The notes beneath the pieces were generated by a model. The model made no database searches and had not been told where the DNA came from. It was given only the letters and a program-made list of their open reading frames with translations. Positions 24,640-37,297 of a stretch of DNA of 64,000 nucleotides are shown here, in pieces. The DNA is from Macrostomum lignano (taxonomy: Eukaryota). Location: NCBI GenBank assembly GCA_002269645.1, contig NIVC01000755.1, forward strand, positions 248,001 through 312,000, read 5' to 3'. Numbering within the stretch: position 1 is the stretch's first letter; each line of letters begins with the position of its first letter. Made by a program: the position numbers and the translations under genes.

Positions 24640-27600
24640 TTGGAAATGTGTCTTTATGGGAGCAGATAGAAAATGTGTCTTTACGGGAGCGGATAGAAAA
24701 TGTGTCTCTATGGTGGCGGATAGAAAATGTGTCTTTACGGGAGCGGATAGAAAATTTGTCTTTATGGGGGCGGATAGAAAATGTGTCTTTACGGAAGCGG
24801 ATAGAAAATGTGTCTTTACGGGAGCGGAGAGAAAATGTGTCTTTACAGAAGCAGATAGAAAATGTGTCTCTATGGGGGCGGATAGAAAATGTGTCTCTAT
24901 GGGGGCGGATAGAAAATGTGTCTTTACGGGAGCAGATAGAAAATGTGTCTTTATGGGGGCGGATAGAAAATGTGTCTTTACGGGAGCGGATAGAAAATGT
25001 GTCTCTATGGGGGCGGATAGAAAATGTGTCTTTATGGGAGCGCATAGAAAATGTGTCTTTATGGGGGGGGGATAGAAAATGTGTCTTTACAGAAGCGGAT
25101 AGAAACGTGTCTCTATGGGGCGGATATAAAATGTGTCTTTATAGAGGGCGGATAGAAAATGTGTCTTTACAGAAGCAGATAGAAAATGTGTCTTTATGGG
25201 TCTGATATAAAATATGTCTTTATGGGGCGGATATAAAATGTGTCTCTATAGAGGGCGGATAGAAAATGTGTCTTTATGGGGGGGCGGATAGAAAATGTGT
25301 CTTTAAAGGAGAGGATAGAAAATTTGTCTTTATGGGGGCGGGGGGCGGATAGAAAATGTGTCTATACAGGGGCGGAAATAAAATGTGTCTTTATGAGGGG
25401 GGGGGCGGATAGAAAATGTTTCTTTATGGTGGGGGCGGATAGAAAATGTGTCTCTATGGGGGGGGGCGGATAGAAAATGTGTCTTTATGGTGGGGCGGAT
25501 AGAAAATGCGTCTTTATGGTGGGCGGATATAAAATGTGTCTCTTTAGAGGGCGGATAGAAAATGTGTCTCTATGGGGGGGGCGGATAGAAAATGTGTCTT
25601 TATGGTGGGGCGGATATAAAATGTGTCTTTATGGTGGGGCGGATATAAAATGTGTCTCTATAGCGGGCGGATAGAAAATGTGTCTCTATGGGGGGGGGCG
25701 GATAGAAAATGTGTCTTTATGGTGGGGCGGATATAAAATGTGTCTTTATGGTGGGGCGGATATAAAATGTGTCTCTATAGCGGGCGGATAGAAAATTTGT
25801 CCTTAAAGGGGCGGATAGAAAATATGTCTTTACAGAAGCAGATAGAAAATGTGTCTTTAAGGGGCGGATATAAAATGTGTCTTTATAGAGGGCGGATAGA
25901 AAATGTGTCTAAAGGGCGGATAGAAAATGTGTCTTTACGGGAGCGGATAGAAAATGTGTCTCTATGGTGGCGGATAGAAAATGTGTCTTTACGGGAGCGG
26001 ATAGAAAATTTGTCTTTATGGGGGCGGATAGAAAATGTGTCTTTATGGGGGCGGATAGAAAATGTGTCTTTACGGGAGCGGATAGAAAATGTGTCTCTAT
26101 GGTGGCGGATAGAAAATGTGTCTTTACGGGAGCGGATAGAAAATTTGTCTTTATGGGGGCGGATAGAAAATGTGTCTTTACGGAAGCGGATAGAAAATGT
26201 GTCTTTACGGGAGCGGATAGAAAATGTGTCTTTATGGGGGCGGATAGAAAATGTGTCTCTATGGGGGCGGATAGAAAATGTGTCTCTATGGGGGGGGCGG
26301 ATAGAAAATGTTTCTTTACGGGAGCGGATAGAAAATGTGTCTTTACGGGAGCAGATAGAAAATGTGTCTTTATGGGGGCGGATAGAAAATGTGTCTTTAC
26401 GGGAGCGGATAGAAAATGTGACTTTATGGGAGCGCATAGAAAATGTATCATTACGGGAGCCGATAGAAAATGTGTCTTTATGGGGGGGATAGAAAATGTG
26501 TCTTTACAGAAGCGGATAGAAAATGTGTCTTTACAGAAGCAGATAAAAATGTGTCTTTATGGTGGGGCGGATATAAAATGTGTCTTTACAGAAGCAGATA
26601 GAAAATGTGTCTTTATGGGGCGGATATAAAATGTGTCTCTATAGCGGGCGGATAGAAATTTGTCCTTAAAGGGGCGGATAGAAAATGTGTCTCTATGGGG
26701 GCGGATAGAAAATGTGTCTTTATGGGAGCGCATAGAAAATGTGTCTTTATGGGGGGATAGAAAATGTGTCTTTACAGAAGCGGATAGAAACGTGTCTCTA
26801 TGGGTCGGATATAAAATGTGTCTTTATAGAGGGCGGATAGAAAATGTGTCTTTACAGAAGCAGATAGAAAATGTGTCTTTATGGGGCGGATATAAAATGT
26901 GTCTCTATAGAGGGCGGATAGAAAATGTGTCTTTAAAGGGGAGGATAGAAAATTTGTCTTTATGGGGGGCGGATAGAAAATGTGTCTATACAGGGGCGGA
27001 AATAAAATGTGTCTTTATGAGGGGGGGGCGGATAGAAAATGTTTCTTTATGGTGGGGCGGATAGAAAATGTGTCTTTATGGTGGGGCGGATATAAAATGT
27101 GTCTCTATAGAGGGCGGATAGAAAATGTGTCTTTAAAGGAGAGGATAGAAAATTTGTCTTTATGGGGGGCGGGGGGCGGATAGAAAATGTGTCTATACAG
27201 GGGCGGAAATAAAATGTGTCTTTTTGAGGGGGGGGGGCGGATAGAAAATGTTTCTTTATGGTGGGGGCGGATAGAAAATGTGTCTCTATGGGGGGGCGGA
27301 TAGAAAATGTGTCTTTATGGTGGGGGCGGATAGAAAATGCGTCTTTATGGTGGGGCGGATATAAAATGTGTCTCTATAGAGGGCGGATAGAAAATGTGTC
27401 TCTATGGGGGGGGCGGATAGAAAATGTGTCTTTATGGTGGGGCGGATATAAAATGTGTCTTTATGGTGGGGCGGATATAAAATGTGTCTCTATAGCGGGC
27501 GGATAGAAAATTTGTCCTTAAAGGGGCGGATAGAAAATATGCCTTTACAGAAGCAGATAGAAAATGTGTCTTTAAGGGGTGGATATAAAATGTGTCTTTA

Positions 27601-27690
27601 TAGAGGGCGGATAGAAAATGTGTCTAAAGGGCGGATAGGGAGCGGATAGAAAATGTGTCTAAAGGGCGGATAGGGAGCGGATAGAAAATG
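24640..27690. repeat. Intronic about 27-nt minisatellite (gcggatagaaaatgtgtctttatgggg) in the last RICTOR intron
   Basis: direct reading; variable G-tract. Confidence 0.96.
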
Positions 27691-28169
27691 CGGGCTGGAC
27701 AGGGGCGGCACAGGAGTTACGCGGCAGTCATGTCTCAATCGATCTGAAGGCACAATAGACAGGCAGGTAAAACCGCAGCCCAACTTTGAAGCGCCAGCGG
27801 GAAGCAATCAATCACTGCCTGCCAGAGAAGGCAACATCAATTAGGCTGCGCTATTTTGCAATAAAAAGAGTCCCAGCGGGAGGCCGATTGCCAATCAATC
27901 TTGGCGCAGAAATTCAGACTGTTGGGCTGCTGGGAATCCGCGTGAGCCGCTTCACTTGATTTAAGAGCCGGCTTTGAACAAGAGTTTGCCTGCGCCATCG
28001 CTCATTAGTGATGGAGCTTCATAGCCGCATTATTAAATTACGGCCGATTATCAAAACCCTACCCACACTTCCAACTGGGCACGATTCGTAACACGTGCTC
28101 AAGTTCAACCTGCTTAAACTGAACATAAACTTACGCAAATTTGCAGAACCTACTCAACATCCACCCGAG

Positions 28170-28740
28170 TTATTTAAGCTGTACCAAAGCTACTCAAACT
28201 CTACCCAACCTACTCAAACTCTACCCAAGCTACACAACCACTCAATCTACTCAATCTCCACCCAAGCTACTCATACCGCACCCAAGCTACTCAAACTGTA
28301 CCCAAGCTACTCAAACTGTACCCAAGCTACTCAAACTGTACCCAAGCTACTCAAACTGTACCCAAGCTACTCAAACTGTACCCAAGCTACTCAAACTGTA
28401 CCCAAGCTACCATACCCAAGCTACTGTACCCAAGCTACTTAAACTGTACCCAAGCTACTCAAACTGTACCCAAGCTACTCAAACTGTACCCAAGCTACTC
28501 AAACTGTACCCAAGCTATTCAAACTGTACCCAGGCTACTCAAACTGTATCCAACCTACTCAAACTGTACCCAAGCTACTCAAAACTGTACCCAAGCTACT
28601 CAAAACTGTACCCAACCTACTCAAACTGTACCCAAGCTACTCAAAACTGTACCCAACCTACTCAAACTGTACCCAAGCTACTCAAACTGTACCCAACCTA
28701 CTCAAACTGTACCCCAGCTACTCAAACTACACCAAACCTT
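28170..28740. repeat. Intronic 20-nt minisatellite (cccaagctactcaaactgta)
   Basis: direct reading. Confidence 0.95.
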
Positions 28741-28773
28741 ATATAACTCGCCCCAACGCCAACCAGGCCTCAC

Positions 28774-29573
28774 CTGACAGGCCTCGGAGACTGAGTAGAC
28801 GATGCAGTGAAGGTGTCATCATCGCCAGTGCCAGATTCGCCAAATTCGAAGCCGCTGCCAAACGCAGCGTCGCCGCAGCCAACGACAAACTCGTCCTCCT
28901 CATCAAACACGATCCCGGCGCAGTCGGCCGCCGCTGGGTCATCGTCAGACAGGCAGACCGGCCGGGCCAGCCAGCGGTGGCAGTCGCGCGAGTGCAGCCA
29001 GCCCAGCCGCTCCAGAAGGCGGCCGCCAGCCTGGCTGGAGGCGACAAGGCACAGCGCCCAGAAGCAGACGCCGCGGACGCTGAGTACCGGGCAGGCCTGC
29101 GCCAGCTGCGCCATCGATGCCACAGCGCCGACTCCGATTCCGACGCAGTTGCCGTCGTCATTATCGCAGTCGCCGTCGCTCCGGCCTTCGAGCAGCAGCA
29201 GGCCGAGCTCAGTGGAGGTCACGTGACCGACAGCCCACAGCGCGGCCTTGGCGGCGGCCACCTCCGCCCGGTCGCACCAGAACTCGGCGTCCTCACAGGG
29301 GAGGTCACGAACTCGCTGGGCCAGGCCGGCCACGTAGGACTGGCCGGCCAGGTAGCGGACACCGTCCGAGTGGCGGGCGAGCTGGCCGAGCAAGTGGGTT
29401 GGCAGCCGGCAGCCGGAGGCGTAAGACTCGGCCAGCAGGGTGTCCACAGTGTGCGGATATTTGGCGCACAGGCCGCAGCGCCACAGCTGCCACTGCTGCT
29501 GCAGCAGGGCGCGCTCCGACATGGCCCGGTAGCCGGCCGGGTGGCCACACAGGCGCGCTAGGAGGGGCGCCGC
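28774..29573 (-). CDS. RICTOR: RICTOR exon (AAPLLARL...LPTHLLGQLARH...KAALWAVGHV...CPVLSVRG...GW)
   Basis: caccag acceptor, AG/gtgagg phase-2 donor; matches LPIHLYGQL, KASLWALGNI, CEVLSIRGTC. Confidence 0.93.
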
Positions 29574-29629
29574 CTGGTGAGACATTCGGGATATTTTTCT
29601 GGTTCAGCAACGCGTTGAATATTTTTGGA

Positions 29630-30290
29630 ATCTCACAGTGTATGGAAATCTCACTCTGTATGGAAATCTCACTCTGTATGGAAATCTCACTCTGTATGGA
29701 AATCTCACTCTGTATGGAAATCTCACTCTGTATGGAAATCTCACTCTGTATGGAAATCTCACTCTGTATGGAAATCTCTCTCTGTATGGAAATCTCACTC
29801 TGTATGGAAATCTCACTCTGTATGGAAATCTCACTCTGTATGGAAATCTCACTCTGTATGGAAATCTCACTCTGTATGGAAATCTCACTCTGTATGGAAA
29901 TCTCACTCTGTATGGAAATCTCACTCTGTATGGAAATCTCACTCTGTATGGAAATCTCACCCTGTATGAAAATCTCACTCTGTATGGAAATCTCACCCTG
30001 TATGGAAATCTCACTCTGTATGGAAATCTCACTCTGTATGGAAATCTCACTCTGTATGGAAATCTCACCCTGCATGGAAATCCCACCCTGCATGGAAATC
30101 CCACCCTGCATGGAAATCTCACCCTGTATGGAAATCCCACCCTGGATGGAAATCCCACCCTGCATGGAAATCCCACCCTGCATGGAAATCCCACCCTGGA
30201 TGGAAATCTCACCCTGGATGAAAATCTCACACTGGATGAAAATCTCACCCTGGGAAGAAATCTCACCCTGGATGGTAATCTCACTGGATG
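29630..30290. repeat. Intronic 18-nt minisatellite (tggaaatctcactctgta), about 36 copies
   Basis: direct reading; shares ggaaatctcac with the adjacent donor site. Confidence 0.97.
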
Positions 30291-30325
30291 AATAAACACT
30301 GGGGTGAAAGAACCGGAAATCTCAC

Positions 30326-31546
30326 CTGTTCGCCAATCTGGGCGGCCGCAGCCGGCAGGCGCAGCAGGCAGGAGCTCAGCCAGTGCTGCTGCTGCAGATG
30401 GTCGCAGGTCTCCTCCAAGGCGGCCAAGGCGGCGGCCTGCACGGCGGCGTCAGGGTCAGGCAGCAGGCGCAGCAGCAGGTCGGGCCCCCAGGCCCAGGCC
30501 AGGCCGAGCCGCAGCAGCAGCGTCAGCAGGCGGACGCCAAACTGCCGGGTCTCCGACGGCGGCGCGTCAGCCAGGGCGACGTTCGTCATCGAGGCCACCG
30601 ACGCCGACGGTTTGACGGCACCGGCTGCAGTGCCGGCCGCCGAATGACCGCTCGACGCGGCTGAGGAACCCGAGGCGACGCCGGCGCCAGCGGTTACGCC
30701 GGCAGAGGAGACGGCGGCGCCAGAGGCCGCGCCAGAGCCTGGCGCCACAGCTTTGCGAAGCACCCGCCGGCCGAAGTCGCCCCTGGCGTAGTCCAGCGAG
30801 GCCAGCAGCAGCTTGGCGGGCCCGGGCGGACCCGAGAGCAGGCGATCCAGAGCAACCGACAGGCCTGTCGAGTTGAGCAGCTCGGGCGGCAGGGAGGCGG
30901 CCACCAGCAGGGCGCACCGGGCGCACGAGGTCTCCAGCTCGATGGCCACAGACTGCTTGGCGGCGGCCTCGTCAAAGAATCGGGCGCAGGCGGCCGCCAA
31001 GTCGAAGGCGGAGGCGTGCAGGACGCGGCAGCGGTCGGCCAGGCGGCCCAGCAGGCGGCCAAAATGCGGCGCGGACAGGCCGGCGTCCTTGGCGTGGGGC
31101 CAGTCCAGCGGGCGGGCGGCCAGCGCGGAGGGCGAGTAGAAGCTGCACAGCCGCCTGCACAGCCCCAGCCAGGCGTCGTTAAGTCGGCCGGAGGAGCCGC
31201 CGGAGCCGACGCTGGCAAACAGCCGCCGGGAGTCGGCAGCGGCCAGGCGCCTGAGAAAGCCGGGCAGCTCCGGCCAAGGCCAGCAGTCCGGGTCCGCCTG
31301 CCAGCCGCCGGCTGACTGCGGCGACCCAGCGCCGGACAGCGAAGGCAGCGGCGCGGAGAGGTCGGCGCCGTCACCGCAGTCGGCAGCGGCGCCAGCGTCG
31401 GGCGGCACCAGCGGCAGGTCGGAGGCGCGCGAATTGGCACAGCTGGCGCCGACGCCAAGTCGACTGTTACCATGGCGACAGGACGCCTGGCCGAGCAGGT
31501 GGGCCAGGTAGACGGAGCTGGCCCGAGGCGGCCGAGCCCGAGCCGT
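30326..31546 (-). CDS. RICTOR: RICTOR exon, middle region (TARARPP...FYSPS...SLDYARG...WAWGPDLL...LEETCD...GEQ)
   Basis: ccgccag acceptor, CAG/gtgaga donor, 407 codons; matches FYKPS, SSLDYSRD, NWGIELL, LDEACED; Ala/Gly/Ser-rich insertions. Confidence 0.93.
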
Positions 31547-32467
31547 CTGGCGGGGGTGGGGCGGGGAGGCAGTCAATTAGAAATCCCAATTTTATAATCC
31601 CGCCATAAAAACGCTATTTTTTCCTAATTTGGAATTGCAATCGCCGAAATGAATAATTAATGCATTTTCAGGGGTAACTGCGGCAGCTTAAATAAATAAA
31701 TAAAGTGCAGCAGACAGACACTCGGCCCCCAAATCCCTGTCTGACTTTCCCCCTCCCGATGCCAGTGACAAAAGGGCCTGACGCAGACAAGCCTCCACTT
31801 GCCCGATCCCAGGCACGCAGCGCAGGCGGCAAGACGCTAAAATATTTATAGCCACACAAGCAGGGGCAGCGCACAATGGGATGCGAAGTAGGGGATCGGC
31901 ACGCTGCAGCTGACTACAAACTGCCTCAATGAAATCTCACAACGCTTTGAGGCAGTTCGAATTCAGCCCAGCTTTTGTCCCTTAATGACAAGTATAAAAG
32001 TGCACGGCAATCTCTATTCTGATCAAAACAGAAGCAAGCCCGGTGTCGGGCTAACTGGCCGGGGGGCGACAGAAATACAGCTGATGTAGCTGACCTTTTT
32101 TCTTAGCGCCCTGGTTGGAAGACAAACAATATAAATATTTAGCAGCACTTTTGTCACGGATGCCCTTTTAGCAGGCTCCACTGATGCGCGAATTCCGTCA
32201 CTCAGCACGAAGCAGGCACCCTCCCCAAGCTCCCTTGACTTAGCATAGCAATACTGACGCCCCGCCAGCCTCATAAAAACAGCAAATTAATACTGCAATG
32301 GTACGTCTGTGTATGCGATGGAAAAGGAAAATAGAATGTGTACTAATAAGTATAAAGCTTGGAGCGACAGAAAAGTACAACTACAAAGAAAAACTGTCAT
32401 CAAGGCACAAACAGGCAAGCCAGAAAGACATGCACAGAAAAACATTAAGATATATAGGCAGGTGGAC

Positions 32468-32531
32468 GGACAGATTGACAGACCGACAGACCGACAGACA
32501 GACAGACAGACAGAGAGACAGACAGACAGAC

Positions 32532-32564
<33 letters not shown>

Positions 32565-32675
32565 CTAAGACAGACAGACAGACACTAAGACAGACAGACA
32601 GACACTAAGACAGACAGACAGACAGACACTAAGACAGACAGACAGACACTAAGACAGACAGACAGACAGACACTG

Positions 32676-32716
<41 letters not shown>

Positions 32717-32841
32717 CTAAGACAGACAGACAGACAGACAGACACTAAGACAGACAGACAGACACTAAGACAGACAGACAGACAGACAGACACTAAGACA
32801 GACAGACAGACAGACAGACACTAAGACAGACAGACAGACAC
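32468..32841. repeat. (GACA)n microsatellite with cactaa interruptions
   Basis: direct reading. Confidence 0.97.
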
Positions 32842-32861
32842 AGGCCAGTAGCTGCGGTCAC

Positions 32862-33626
32862 CTGCACAGCGGACACCAGCAGCAGAGCCTGGCGCCCCGC
32901 CCCGCTGTCAAGCAGCGGCGCCAAACACGCGGCCGGGTCGGTGTCGCCAAGGGCGCCGGGCGGCAGCAGGCGGCAGCGGAAGAGCAGCTCGCCGAGCAGC
33001 AGGGCGGCGCCGCCGGCCAGGGCGGGCGAGTCGGCAGTGAGAAGGCCGGCCAGGGAGCGCAGCAGGCCGAGGCAGGCGAACTGCTGCAGCAGCAGGGCCT
33101 GGTGGGCCCGGGCGGGCCGCAGCTCGGGGCCCCCAGACGGCGGCGGCACCAAGTCGCAGCCTTCGGCAGCCACGAAGCCGTCGGCGAGGTCCCAGGCGGG
33201 GCTGGGCGTGCGCACGGCGTCAGCCAGCTGGCGACAGCCCAGCTGGAGGCCCGGCGGCGGCCGGCGCACCAGGAACAGGTCGAAGTAAAAGTGCAGCAGG
33301 TCCAGCACGGCGCCGGGGCTGTTCTGCACGCCCAGCATGGCGACGAGGCTGCGCGGAGGCCGGGAGGCCAGGAGGCCCGGCCAGCTGCGGAACAGCGACA
33401 GCAGAGCTGGCCGGCCGCTGCCGCCCACAAAGCCGCCGCCGCCGCGCTGCTGGCCGCGCCGGCCGTCGGCCCGGAGCTCGGAGCCGGCCAGCGGGCCGGT
33501 CAGGTAGTCAAGGCAGGCTCGGACGGCGCCCCAATGCTGCCGGCCGTCAGGCGAATTCAGCAAGCTGGCCAGGGCGGCCACCAGCGCTTCGGTGCAGCGC
33601 GGGGGCAGCGGCGCCTCCAGGCTGGC
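32862..33626 (-). CDS. RICTOR: RICTOR exon (ASLEAP...FRSWPGLL...WDLADGFVAAEG...LLLGELL...SAVQ)
   Basis: caacag acceptor, CAG/gtgacc donor, 255 codons; hallmark motifs FRSWAG, W.LSDGFVAAEA, ILLGELL. Confidence 0.95.
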
Positions 33627-33714
33627 CTGTTGGGGAGGCAAATTGGAACCGGATTGGGAACCGAAGGAAGAATCCCAAAAAATATTGCTTTTTCCAAAGC
33701 ACCAAAACACCTTT

Positions 33715-34135
33715 TAAATCCCAGCCTGCAAAAATCCCATGATTCAAATCCTAGCCTGCAAAAATCCCATGATTCAAATCCCAACCCACACAAATCCCAT
33801 GATTTAAATCCCAACCTACACAAATCCCATGATTCAAATCCCAACCCACACAAATCCCATGATTTAAATCCCAACCTACACAAATCCCATGATTCAAATC
33901 CCAACCCACACAAATCCCATGATTCAAATCCCAACCTACACAAATCCCATGATTCAAATCCCAACCCACACAAATCCCATGATTCAAATCCCAACCTACA
34001 CAAATCCCATGATTCAAATCCCAACCTACACAAATCCCATGATTCAAATCCCAACCCACACAAATCCCATAATTCAAATCCCATGATTCAAATCCCAACC
34101 TGCAAAAATCCCATGATTCAAATCCCAGCCTACAA
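33715..34135. repeat. Intronic 30-nt minisatellite (caaatcccatgattcaaatcccaacccaca)
   Basis: direct reading. Confidence 0.96.
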
Positions 34136-34172
34136 AGTTCCAATGGGATTTCATGGCTTTAAACTTTCGCAC

Positions 34173-34446
34173 CTGAAGGAGGGCGCCAAGTCCGGGCGCC
34201 ACGGCGGGCGGGTTGAGCAGCGCCAGCTCAGCCAGCGCCAGCACTGCGGCGCGCATCAATCGGTCCCGACGCTCGTCCCGCTCGGCGTGCCGGCAGATGG
34301 CCAGAAGCGGCTGCACCAGAGCGGCTGTGACCCGGCGTGGGCTTCGGTGCAGCAGCGCGTTGATCAGCTTCATGGCCTGGAAGCGCTCCGACTGCTGCAG
34401 CAGACCGGCTGATGGCTCCTCATCTAGTGAGCCGAGATCCAGGCAC
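34173..34446 (-). CDS. RICTOR: RICTOR exon (CLDL...ERFQAMKLI...RDRLMRAAVLALAELALLNP...ALLQ)
   Basis: ccccag acceptor, CAG/gtgcga donor; matches CID...ERTQALRLV...RDRMVRACIAIICELALQNP. Confidence 0.92.
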
Positions 34447-34467
34447 CTGGGGTGGGGCATGGATAAT

Positions 34468-34614
34468 ACACTTTGACAAGAATACTGAAGTACACTCTGA
34501 CAAGAATACTGAAGTACACTCTGACAAGAATACTGAAGTACACTCTGACAAGAATACTAAAGTACACTCTGACAAGAATACTGAAGTACACTCTGACAAG
34601 AATACTAAAGTACA
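34468..34614. repeat. Intronic 24-nt repeat (tacactctgacaagaatactgaag), 6 copies, filling most of a 181-nt intron
   Basis: direct reading. Confidence 0.96.
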
Positions 34615-34627
34615 TTGACCGCCTCAC

Positions 34628-34759
34628 CTGGCAACGCAGATGTCCAAGCGAAACTTCAAAAAGCTGCGGACGGCGACATCGTCGACCAAAAATTTGCGCA
34701 CGCACCGGAGCAGCGCCGCCCGCAGCTCTGGGCACTCCTGGAAGAAGCCGGGCACCAGG
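34628..34759 (-). CDS. RICTOR: RICTOR exon (SLVPGFFQECPELRAALLRCVRKFL...LDICVAR)
   Basis: ccgcag acceptor, AG/gtgagg donor, phase 2-2; matches EVRAAGLRALRYLI...KVDYLIAR; not captured by the ORF track. Confidence 0.88.
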
Positions 34760-34919
34760 CTGCGGCGGGGTGGGGCGGAGTGTTCGTCAGTTCACGGGTG
34801 GAGTAGATAGGGGTGGGCAGATGAAGTAGCAGAATTCACTTCACCAATTGAAAGAGGCATGTACACAAGCATTATCTATACAAAACTGGCAACAAGTGGT
34901 GAGATGAGGCCAGCCTCAC

Positions 34920-35073
34920 CTGCTGAAGATGTCATCAACGTCAACAGATGCCAGCAAGCGCTTGGACAGACGAACCAAGGCATTGCACAGGTGAATTCGG
35001 CGCTGCACTCCCTCTGCATCGAGTTGGTCAGCTGCAAATGCAGACTCGACCTTGTCCAGGATCTGCTCTGGAG
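34920..35073 (-). CDS. RICTOR: RICTOR, first located exon (APEQILDKVESAF...RIHLCNALVRL...DDIFS)
   Basis: tattcag acceptor (phase 1), AG/gtgagg donor (phase 2); aligns with the RICTOR N-terminal RKLGHLNNFTKLL...EDII region; upstream exon not found. Confidence 0.75.
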
Positions 35074-36818
35074 CTGAATAGAGAAGTGAAAAATAAAGTG
35101 AAAGTGTCATGATTATTTTTGATTTATTATTATTTTTTTTTATTATTTTTTTATTTTTGATTGCTTACCATCATCATAGCTGATCCCAGCTAGTGTAAAG
35201 TTAGGCTTCCCACCTAAAAAGGAATTATATAGCTAGTGTAATAGCATATAATTAAAAAAATGAATAAAAATAAATGTTGCATTCAAAATAATTATAAAAC
35301 TAATAGTTTCACTTCTACAGAGTTCCTTTTAGACATTATACATCATATTTTAAGTAATATTGATTTGTTGATTTCAATGCTGTTTTATTCATATCTCCTA
35401 TAAATAAATGAATTGTTGAATTAAAAAATAGAAAGATAAACTAAAATAAAGTTTTTATCTTATTATAATCTTGCTATTAAACATTTAGTATAGTTAATTT
35501 TGAGTTGAATAAAGCAAGTTTGAAAAAAATCGGTTCAGGCATTCAGGCTGTAGACTGAAATACCGGTCAAACAAACCTTAGAGATTTAGTATATTGTGAT
35601 TTGAATTTGAATTTATAATGATATTAATCTAGCATATGTATGTATAGAAGCAAATTTTAAAGAATATTTATAGGATATATTTACAGGATATTGGATGACT
35701 TTATATGTATATACAAAAATTAAACTAATTTTTCTTAATTTTTTATTCTCGAAAGATAATGAAGAATATAAAGACAATAAATTGTTCTATATTTTTCAAA
35801 ACATTAAAATAAAATGATTTTAAATAAAACAAAACATTTAAAATAAAATTCAAATATTGGATTTTTGAATCAAAATAGTATAAAAGCATTGATCAAAAAC
35901 AAAAATATGATTAAATAGCAAAAATAGAACTAAAAACATAACTATATTTAAATATGACTAGTTTATACAATTTTGTATATCATCCTAAATCAACTAGAAT
36001 TACATACTAGAAATATAACATTTAGGTAGAGATAGCAGGTTAGAAAGCAAGAGTTAGAATAACAATATAAAACATAATCAGTCTTTTTCTTTAACAATGT
36101 AATATTGTAGTAATAAAGGTGTATTATCAATAATTTAGATATAGTTGTAAATAGTAAAAGCTATATACCTATATGGCAAAATCCAAAAACAAGGGATAAA
36201 ACAGTAAAACAAATTTGCAGACATTCAATGGAAGGTAATGTATCTAAAAAAGCTTTTTGAAAGATAGATAAGTCTAAAAAATAGTTTTGGATAAAAACTA
36301 TTGTTTTCATGCTTTATATCACTAAATAAATGAGTAAAAAAACACAAAGAAAGCATTTTAAAAGTCCAAGTTGACCAATTTGCAATTTTTTGTTTCACTT
36401 TTTTCATTTATTTATAAACAATTAATTTTAAGACTTGTAGGCCTTAGAGAAGGCTAATTTTTTCACTACTTACAAAACAGAAAGTATTCTATGTTTTACT
36501 TTTTATTTTATTCAAAAAGATGAAGAATTTCTAAGGATTTCCAAGTTTTTCTAAAACCATATAAACTCACAAAAATTCATACAATTTAAAGTGCAAAGTT
36601 TGCCAACAAATATATTTCTCTAAAAGTAAATATACTGCTAATTCCTTGTTGCAAAATATTCTTTAAGTTGATTTCTTTCATTTAAATATCAACTTGTATA
36701 GTATTAGTATATGTAATATGCCTATATTTAGACTTAAAATTTTTGGGTAAAAAATGGTACCACAAAATTAACCCGGCATCCAAATCAAATGCTTCCTGTA
36801 TAAGCTTATGAGGCGACA

Positions 36819-37297
36819 AAGAACAATGAAATTACACTTAAATATGTATCATTGTGGCATGTATGCAGGAAAAAAGAATTTTCCAAATTGCTTCAGAAAA
36901 AGGTGAGTAAAATGCAATTTTCTGATCCATATGGGAATTCCAACGTGTTACCCAGCTTCCAAATTAGATGCTTACTATATGCTTATTAAGTGACAAACAT
37001 ACATGCGCAACTTTGGGAATCACCCGGCCATTTCTATTGGCAACACATATATGTAAGTCGCTATTGGCTAAGAGCAGTCACGTGACTACTATTCCATCCA
37101 ATAGCGACTTACGTGTGTGTGTTGCCAATAGAAACAGCCGAGTGAATCCCAAGGTTGCGCCTAAGCATAGTGACGAAGAACAATGAAATTACACTTAAAT
37201 ATGCATTATTGTGGCATATAAGTAGGAAAAAGAGATTTTTCCAAATTGCTTTAGTAAAAGCTGAGTAAAATGCAATTTTCCGATCCTTATGGGAATT
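36819..37297. repeat. About 120-bp diverged direct repeats (36819-36939 and 37176-37297) flanking the palindrome
   Basis: shared aagaacaatgaaattacacttaaatatg...ttttccaaattgctt...gagtaaaatgcaattttc.gatcc.tatgggaatt. Confidence 0.88.
37005..37160. repeat. Foldback palindrome: 63-bp arms (55/63 identical) around a central agtcacgtgact
   Basis: arms 37005-37067 and 37098-37160 compared base by base. Confidence 0.9.

Noticed and set aside
32023-32274. 83-aa - strand ORF inside a RICTOR intron as an extra exon
   Set aside because: The 32862 to 31546 splice already gives continuous RICTOR homology in phase 0
23751-34412. Long + strand ORFs overlapping RICTOR exons
   Set aside because: Antisense shadows of GC-rich coding sequence
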